Of a DNA stretch of 64,000 nucleotides, positions 57,950 through 64,000 are shown in pieces. Origin of the DNA: an uncultured Eubacteriales bacterium (GTDB taxonomy: Bacteria; Bacillota; Clostridia; Lutisporales; Lutisporaceae); NCBI GenBank assembly GCA_963704785.1, contig OY969939.1, positions 2,383,475-2,447,474 of the forward strand, written 5' to 3'. Position 1 is the stretch's first letter, and every line of letters begins with the position of its first letter. A model generated the notes under the pieces. That model was not told where the DNA came from and searched no databases. It worked only from the letters and a program-made list of their open reading frames with translations. Made by a program: the position numbers and the translations under genes.

Positions 57950-59449
57950 ATGAGGAACAAAAGTATAAAGTTGGTACCATGGATTTCTTATAAAAATTAT
58001 TTTTTTGATACACAGGAAAGTCGGAGTATTATATCAAATGAAAAAGAGCATACTTTTCTGCTTTTAGAGGGAGAAGCAGCAAGTATATTTACAAAGCTGA
58101 CATCTGACTGTAGTCATATGGAGCTTCTAGAATATGCAGAAAAAATCGGTGCGTCTGATGAGCTAGAGGATTTTATAGCAGAACTTTTCCAAGAGGGACT
58201 ACTGATTATAGATGACGAATATTTCGTACCAGAGCAAGTACAGAATGCCGTTTTAGATACAAACTCCTCTGGACAAGCTATTAAAAGTGATGAGTATGAT
58301 GAATTCATAAAAGATATGAAAAAATGGGGATGGAATAAAGGTCTGCTTATGTCAGCACATTGGGATATGACCTATAGCTGCAATGAAAATTGTATTCATT
58401 GCTATAACAGGTGTCTCGACACAAATCAGAACAATTCAAAAGAGCTAACTACCAAAGAAGCCTTAGCTTTAATCGACGATATGTATGAAGCAGGAGTGTT
58501 TTTCCTTACCCTGAGTGGTGGAGAAGCCGCACTAAGACAGGATTATTTTGAAATACTAGGATATGCACGCAGTAAGGGGCTGTGCGTGCAATTATTGACT
58601 AATGGGTTGATTTGGGATGCTAACTTCTCAAAAAAAGTGGCAGCCTACTGGCCTAATGAGGTAGGAATAAGCATCTACAGTGCAGACCCAGTGCGACACG
58701 ACGAGGTTACAAGGGTACCAGGCTCTTTTGAAGCTTCCATTGCCGCCTTGAAAAGCTTAAAGGAAGCAGGAATACAGGTGGAGCTTAGGAGCGTACAGAT
58801 GAAGAAGACCTTGAAGGGTTATGAAAATACAAAGAAGCTAGCTGTTGAGCTTGGAATTAAGTCAGTAATTACTGTATCTATAATACCTGCATTAAATGGA
58901 AGTCTGGAGCCTGTAGAGCAGTCAGCGGGTGTTTTTAACGAGATGGTGGTTCTTGCAGCTACAGAAGGCACACCACTGTCTGTAAGCTATATGAAGAATG
59001 CCTTTGATGATTCTGGAAAGCCAAAGAATATAGAGCAATCTTTATGCTCTGCTGGAAAATACTCACTATATTTTGACCCAGCAGGAAATATAAATCCCTG
59101 TTTGTCTCTTCCTATAGTAGTGGGAAATGTAAAACAGTTAAATCTAAAAAAATTCTGGCTGGACTCGCTTGATGATTCTGAAGCATTAAAACAGATAGAT
59201 TTGAAATATATACACAATATCAAGCTTAAGGATGTAGAACCATGTGGAACAGAAGATTATTGTAAATATTGTATAGATGTTTGTCCTGGAAACAGTTTTT
59301 TAGAAAATGGCAGCTTTTTTACTGCTCCTAAGGTCAGCTGTTTTCAGGCAAAAGCGAGAAAGACAGCCGTTGAGCTATTATCCCAAGGATTAAGCAGAAA
59401 TGAAATATGTGCAAAACTGGGCGTTCCAGTAGAGTTCGGTTGTATTTAG
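57950..59449 (+). CDS. Radical SAM/SPASM-domain peptide-modifying enzyme with an N-terminal PqqD-like (RRE) domain
   Basis: CNENCIHC (CX3CX2C). SPASM pattern CSAGKYSLYFDPAGNINPC ... CGTEDYCKYCIDVCPG. The N-terminal ~90 aa (HTFLLLEGEAASIFTKL..ELLEYAEKIG..FIAELFQEGLL) are PqqD-like. Confidence 0.7.
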   Translation: MRNKSIKLVPWISYKNYFFDTQESRSIISNEKEHTFLLLEGEAASIFTKLTSDCSHMELLEYAEKIGASDELEDFIAELFQEGLLIIDDEYFVPEQVQNAVLDTNSSGQAIKSDEYDEFIKDMKKWGWNKGLLMSAHWDMTYSCNENCIHCYNRCLDTNQNNSKELTTKEALALIDDMYEAGVFFLTLSGGEAALRQDYFEILGYARSKGLCVQLLTNGLIWDANFSKKVAAYWPNEVGISIYSADPVRHDEVTRVPGSFEASIAALKSLKEAGIQVELRSVQMKKTLKGYENTKKLAVELGIKSVITVSIIPALNGSLEPVEQSAGVFNEMVVLAATEGTPLSVSYMKNAFDDSGKPKNIEQSLCSAGKYSLYFDPAGNINPCLSLPIVVGNVKQLNLKKFWLDSLDDSEALKQIDLKYIHNIKLKDVEPCGTEDYCKYCIDVCPGNSFLENGSFFTAPKVSCFQAKARKTAVELLSQGLSRNEICAKLGVPVEFGCI

Positions 59450-59502
59450 AGGCTATAAATATAAATATTTATAGATAGTATATAAAGAGGGGAGGTGAAA
59501 CA

Positions 59503-59598
59503 ATGAAAAAGCTTACAATATCAAAAAAGGTAGAAAACTCAAATACTAACAATGCAATACCAAGAGTTATAATTTATTATGTTTGTGAAAGATTTTAG
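59503..59598 (+). CDS. 31-aa candidate RiPP precursor peptide
   Basis: Not in the ORF track. GGAGGTGA SD 5 nt before the ATG. Sequence MKKLTISKKVENSNTNNAIPRVIIYYVCERF. It lies 53 nt after the maturase stop and is followed by a compound hairpin at about 59655-59720. Confidence 0.5.
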   Translation: MKKLTISKKVENSNTNNAIPRVIIYYVCERF

Positions 59599-59812
59599 TA
59601 TTATTTCCCAATCCTTACATGTCTGCTAGACAGTATGACTAATATTTGCAGGCACAAAGGCTCCATCTTAATAGCTTTGTGAATAAAATTATTCCAAAGC
59701 TTGAATGACGGAGCCTTTTTCTTTTTGCAAATTTATTGTGTCACTTTTTCTTGTACCTTAATACTCTGTATTAGGCAGTTTTTTTGCCAAAAAGAGTGTT
59801 GGAGGGAGCACA

Positions 59813-60673
59813 GTGACACCATATAAAGCAGTACCAGTACTAAAGGAGAGGCTTTGGGGAGGACAAAAGCTAAAGCAATATAATAAAGAATTCGAAAAGG
59901 GCAGAATAGGCGAAAGTTGGGAAACTGACATTGATACTATGCCAGTGCTAATAAAGTTTATTGATGCTATGGATATATTATCTGTACAGGTGCACCCTGA
60001 TGATCATGAAGCCCTGCTTTTTGAAGCACAGCCAAGAGGTAAGACAGAGGCATGGATAGTGCTGGATTGTGAAGAAGGTGCAAAGGTAGTGGCAGGTCTA
60101 AAGATAGGAACAGACTGTACACAGTTAAGCAGAGCATTAGTGGAGAGCAATGTACAAGACCTTCTTAATATAATAAAAGTAAAAAAGGGAGACTGCATAT
60201 ACATACCAGCAGGTACCGTACACAGCTTGGGGAAGGGCATAGTAGCTTATGAGGTGCAGCAGCCCTCTGATTTGACTTATCGTTTATATGATTGGGATAG
60301 GATGGATGAGATAGGGCAGAGCAGAGAACTTCATATAGAAAAAGCTTTAAGCTGTATTGACTTTGATGCATCAAGGGTAGAGGTTACAAACCTATATCAA
60401 CAAGACATTTGCAGAGGTTATAAGAATCCAGTATTTCAGAGCAATTATTTTAATACCTTTTATATACAGTTAAAAGAAGCTCAAAATTGGAGCTTCAAAA
60501 ATAAATGTTTTACTGTGCTGACTTTGATATTTGGAGAAGCTTTTATATATGATGGGAGTAAAATGGAGCCTATGAAGAAGGGTGATACATGGATAATACC
60601 TGATATGTTTAGAGATACCATTAATATTACTGCCAAGGAAGCTACAGAAATAATTCTTACAGAGCATGATTAA
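59813..60673 (+). CDS. manA: Type I (cupin) mannose-6-phosphate isomerase
   Basis: GTG start after GGAGGGAG. Motifs LSVQVHPDD and KTEAWIV. Confidence 0.7.
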   Translation: MTPYKAVPVLKERLWGGQKLKQYNKEFEKGRIGESWETDIDTMPVLIKFIDAMDILSVQVHPDDHEALLFEAQPRGKTEAWIVLDCEEGAKVVAGLKIGTDCTQLSRALVESNVQDLLNIIKVKKGDCIYIPAGTVHSLGKGIVAYEVQQPSDLTYRLYDWDRMDEIGQSRELHIEKALSCIDFDASRVEVTNLYQQDICRGYKNPVFQSNYFNTFYIQLKEAQNWSFKNKCFTVLTLIFGEAFIYDGSKMEPMKKGDTWIIPDMFRDTINITAKEATEIILTEHD

Positions 60674-60916
60674 TATTGATACTTTTTTTACAGAGTGATT
60701 ACAAAGTGGTTACAGAAGGATTAAAAATAACTTGTATTATAATAAATCGTTGACATGTATGTAGTTAAAGTGATAGGATTTTCTTACAAAGTTTACTAAG
60801 TTCACATATTGATTTTCAGATAAATATAGAACACACAAATTAATTAACAACAAAATATATGAAAAATGTTTAGTGCGATAATATACAGAATGGTCTCTAG
60901 TGGAAGGAGTGACGCT

Positions 60917-61105
60917 ATGATTACTCATATTAATTTGGATAATGAACAAAATCAATTTAACATAATTGATAAGTTTTTTAAAAAGGATTATAAAATCAAA
61001 TACAATAAAAAGCTTTCAGGTAAGATAAGGTTATATATTAGCGAGAGAAACACAATAAAGGATTTAAGCAATATTGTTACTCTATACAATAAGGAATTAC
61101 ATTAA
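60917..61105 (+). CDS. 62-aa protein of unknown function
   Basis: GGAAGGAG SD 7 nt before the ATG at 60917, and its own terminator. Confidence 0.4.
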   Translation: MITHINLDNEQNQFNIIDKFFKKDYKIKYNKKLSGKIRLYISERNTIKDLSNIVTLYNKELH

Positions 61106-61114
61106 TGAATATTA

Positions 61115-61140
61115 AAGCCCCTGGTTTACATCAGGGGCTT
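61115..61140 (+). terminator. Hairpin terminator
   Basis: AAGCCCCTG-N8-CAGGGGCTT. Confidence 0.6.
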
Positions 61141-61178
61141 ATACTATGGAGATAATAATAAATGTGGAGGTGGAGTAA

Positions 61179-63473
61179 ATGCCTGCGAAGAACCATCCTG
61201 CTTACAAAGAAGAACTGAAAAGAATGGAGTATACCTTAGACTATGTAGAGGAAAATCTCGCGGCTATGTCACAACGTAAGTCTGGCATAGATAAGGACAT
61301 AGAACAAGGTAAAAAGCATTACAGCTCAGACAATAGTCAGATGTACATAGACCTTATGGTTGGGTCTATGCTGCAAGACAGAGCTGATATCAAGCTAAGA
61401 AATCTGCTTACAGCTAGGAGTAAGCCTTACTTTGCGAGAGTAGATTTTAAGGAAAATGAAAAACTTGATAGTGAGAAGCTATATATTGGCAAGATGGCAC
61501 TAATAAGAGAAGAGGATCAGGAGCTTATAATTGTTGATTGGCGAGCTCCAGTAGCGAATCTTTACTACGAAGAGCGATTAGGGGATGCACATTATGAGAG
61601 TCCTGACGGCAACATAGAAGGGCAACTTAAGATAAAGCGACAATTTGTAATAAATGAAGGAAAACTGGAAGAAATATTTGATATCGACATTACCACTAAT
61701 GATGAGTTCCTACAAGCCTCCCTTGGCTCCAGTGCTGATAACAGGCTAAAGGAAATAGTATCCACCATACAAGCCGAGCAAAACAGAGTTATAAGAGCGG
61801 ATATGTGGAAGCCCTTAATAGTACAGGGTGCTGCTGGTGGTGGTAAGACTACTATAGCCTTGCATAGAATTGCGTATCTGATCTACACTCATGAGAAGAG
61901 CTTTAAACCAGAGAATTTTATGATATTAGCTCCTAGTAAACTCTTTCTTAACTATATTTCTGATGTACTTCCTGAATTGGGGGTAGAGAAGACAAAGCAA
62001 ACCACCTACGAGGAATTTGCGTTTAATGTAATCGGTCAGAAGTTCAAGGTAAACGACCCAAACCAAAAGCTTATACAGTTTGTAGAAATGAACAAGACAG
62101 AAGAGCAGCAGTTGTACAACAAAAGGTTAAGAGCACAGTCAGAGCTTAAGTGCTCTATGGCTTTTAGAGAAATAATTGACCAATACATAGAAAATATAGA
62201 GAGTAATTTCATACCCAAGGAGGATTTCACTCTAGGTGGAAGAGTAATATTAAAGTATGAGGAAATAAACAGGCTCTTTATTAAGGAGTACTATAGACAC
62301 CCCATTGTAAAGAGAATAGATGAAATAAAAAAACATCTGCAAAATCGCTTAAAGGCTTATAAACAGCACTTAACAGAGGATGTACAAGGCAAATGCGACA
62401 GGTATATTATAAATGTAAAGCACGCCATGGAACCTAGCGATGAGAGACAGCAGATGATTATAAGGGCGATAGACAAAAAAGATGGAGTAATAGGCAAGCT
62501 TGAGGAATATACTAAGACAGCAGTCAAGGACTATATAGCCAAGATATCTAAGACAAACCCTCTTCAATATTATAAGGACTTTTTGACAAATGAGGAATTG
62601 TATCGTTCTATAGTCTCTGATAAAACTGATGAAGAAACAGCAAGCTTCCTTAGAGGCTATACCCTAGAGGTATTGAAGTCTGATACTGTTGATTTGGAGG
62701 ATATAGCACCTATAATGTATCTGAAATTTAAAATTTATGGAGTGGATGAGAAAATCCCTGTGAGGCACATAGTAATAGATGAGGCTCAGGATTTTAGCAT
62801 ATTTCAGATATATACACTAAAGCACATAATAAAGGACAGCTCCTTTACCATACTTGGAGACTTATCTCAGGGAATACACTCCTATAGAGGTATAAAGGAT
62901 TGGAAGGAGCTAAATAAACATGTGTTTGAAGCGAAAAGCGAAATGTTGACATTAGAGCAGAGCTATCGTACCTCTATTGAAATAATGGATGCAGCAAATA
63001 AGGTAATAGCATCACTAAAGGATGAAAAGCTCACACCTGCAAAGCCTGTAATAAGACACGGAGACAAAGTGCAAGTTATCAAGCTGGAAACGAAGAAGGA
63101 AATTGCTGAGGATATATCAGCAAAGGTAAAAGAGATAAGGAGGCAAAACTTTAAATCCATAGCAATTATTTGCAAAACAGCAAAAGATTGTGAGGAAATG
63201 CACTCGTATTTCAAAAAAGGCAAGGAAAGCCCTTACGTCATAACTGGCAAGGAAAAGGAATACAAAAGTGGACTTTTGATTGTACCATCTTATCTTGCAA
63301 AGGGCTTAGAGTTTGATGCAGTATTTGTAGCAGGCGCTTCTGCGGACAATTATACAACTGCGGAGCTAGATACAAAGCTTTTGTATGTGGCACTGACCAG
63401 ACCTTTGCATAAGCTGTATATCTACTATATAGGAGAACCATCAGAGCTTCTGGCTGAAATAAATGATGTGTAG
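61179..63473 (+). CDS. helD: HelD-type UvrD-like helicase (RNA polymerase recycling ATPase)
   Basis: 764 aa. The N-terminal region (YFARVDF, LYIGK, DWRAPVANLYY) is typical of HelD, followed by Walker A GAAGGGKTT and later helicase motifs. Confidence 0.75.
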   Translation: MPAKNHPAYKEELKRMEYTLDYVEENLAAMSQRKSGIDKDIEQGKKHYSSDNSQMYIDLMVGSMLQDRADIKLRNLLTARSKPYFARVDFKENEKLDSEKLYIGKMALIREEDQELIIVDWRAPVANLYYEERLGDAHYESPDGNIEGQLKIKRQFVINEGKLEEIFDIDITTNDEFLQASLGSSADNRLKEIVSTIQAEQNRVIRADMWKPLIVQGAAGGGKTTIALHRIAYLIYTHEKSFKPENFMILAPSKLFLNYISDVLPELGVEKTKQTTYEEFAFNVIGQKFKVNDPNQKLIQFVEMNKTEEQQLYNKRLRAQSELKCSMAFREIIDQYIENIESNFIPKEDFTLGGRVILKYEEINRLFIKEYYRHPIVKRIDEIKKHLQNRLKAYKQHLTEDVQGKCDRYIINVKHAMEPSDERQQMIIRAIDKKDGVIGKLEEYTKTAVKDYIAKISKTNPLQYYKDFLTNEELYRSIVSDKTDEETASFLRGYTLEVLKSDTVDLEDIAPIMYLKFKIYGVDEKIPVRHIVIDEAQDFSIFQIYTLKHIIKDSSFTILGDLSQGIHSYRGIKDWKELNKHVFEAKSEMLTLEQSYRTSIEIMDAANKVIASLKDEKLTPAKPVIRHGDKVQVIKLETKKEIAEDISAKVKEIRRQNFKSIAIICKTAKDCEEMHSYFKKGKESPYVITGKEKEYKSGLLIVPSYLAKGLEFDAVFVAGASADNYTTAELDTKLLYVALTRPLHKLYIYYIGEPSELLAEINDV

Positions 63474-63543
63474 TAATTGTATATCATTTATTTTTGTATT
63501 ATTGATATTTTACCATAACAAGACGTAGGGGAGGACAAACCTA

Positions 63544-64000
63544 ATGAAAAAGATAACCATAATTGGTTCAGGAGGCTCAGGAAAATCTACGTTGGCACGT
63601 AAGTTAGGCGATATTACAGGTATAAAAGTCTATCACCTTGACACATTATTCTGGAAGCCTGGATGGGTGTCTATATCTAGAGAAGAGCTAGCAGAAAAGA
63701 TTAGACATATTATTTCTAAGGACAGTTGGATAATAGATGGAAACTATAGCAGTACAATGGAAATGAGACTGGAAGCGTCCGATGTAATAATCTATCTTGA
63801 CTTCTCTACCCTTAGCTGTCTCTGGGGTATAACTAAGAGGAGATTCCTGTTTGCAAATAAGACGAGACCAGATATTACCGAGGGCTGTAAAGAAAAGCTT
63901 GATTGGGAGTTTGTTAACTGGGTATTGAGCTTCCGTCGTAGGAAAAGGAAAAATCTCCTTGCATATTTAGAAAAATGCAAAGAGGGCAGAGATATATTTG
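63544..64000 (+). CDS. P-loop NMP-kinase-like protein (topology-modulation/FlaR-like), 3' end outside window
   Basis: ATG at 63544 after GGGGAGGA. It reads MKKITIIGSGGSGKSTLARKLG and is open to the window end. Confidence 0.6.
   Translation, partial: MKKITIIGSGGSGKSTLARKLGDITGIKVYHLDTLFWKPGWVSISREELAEKIRHIISKDSWIIDGNYSSTMEMRLEASDVIIYLDFSTLSCLWGITKRRFLFANKTRPDITEGCKEKLDWEFVNWVLSFRRRKRKNLLAYLEKCKEGRDIF

Overview
AT-rich chromosomal segment that looks like a Clostridia-class Firmicute. All family calls come from motifs read by eye, because no database search was possible. Core metabolism: a TetR regulator next to a giant BcrA/HgdC-type acyl-CoA dehydratase activase-related gene; tungsten-type aldehyde:ferredoxin oxidoreductase plus a ThiS/MoaD-like protein; panE; a glycine-riboswitch-controlled gcvT-gcvH-gcvPA-gcvPB-lpdA-glyA operon beside sdaAB/sdaAA and lipA; a DsrE-like protein with a class-V cysteine desulfurase; panBCD with a DUF2520 Rossmann gene; T-box-controlled leuS; a PAS histidine kinase; copA-copZ; manA; helD. 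Accessory content: (i) an orphan radical-SAM/SPASM enzyme with a fused PqqD-like domain, followed by an unannotated 31-codon precursor-like ORF (candidate new RiPP); (ii) an ABC-type ATPase plus a Toprim/DUF4276-like protein (defence-like); (iii) a TPR regulator overlapping a secreted pro-peptide gene (RRNPP/Rap-Phr-like); (iv) an Hsp20-like gene and an SDH/ClpP-fold protease inside a panE/glyA duplication junction; (v) decayed 0.8-1.1 kb duplicates; (vi) an IS1634-family element with 54-bp direct repeats. Two in-frame TGA codons fall exactly on the first Cys of CxxC motifs (a glutaredoxin-like protein and the CopA metal-binding domain), which suggests selenocysteine. A 30-nt strand-specific hairpin recurs five times. 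Many conserved genes (leuS, gcvPA/PB, glyA, the activase) are broken by frameshifts. Five of the breaks are repaired by adding one base to a 4-6 nt A/T run, so consensus error is more likely than gene decay. No rRNA, tRNA or CRISPR array was seen.
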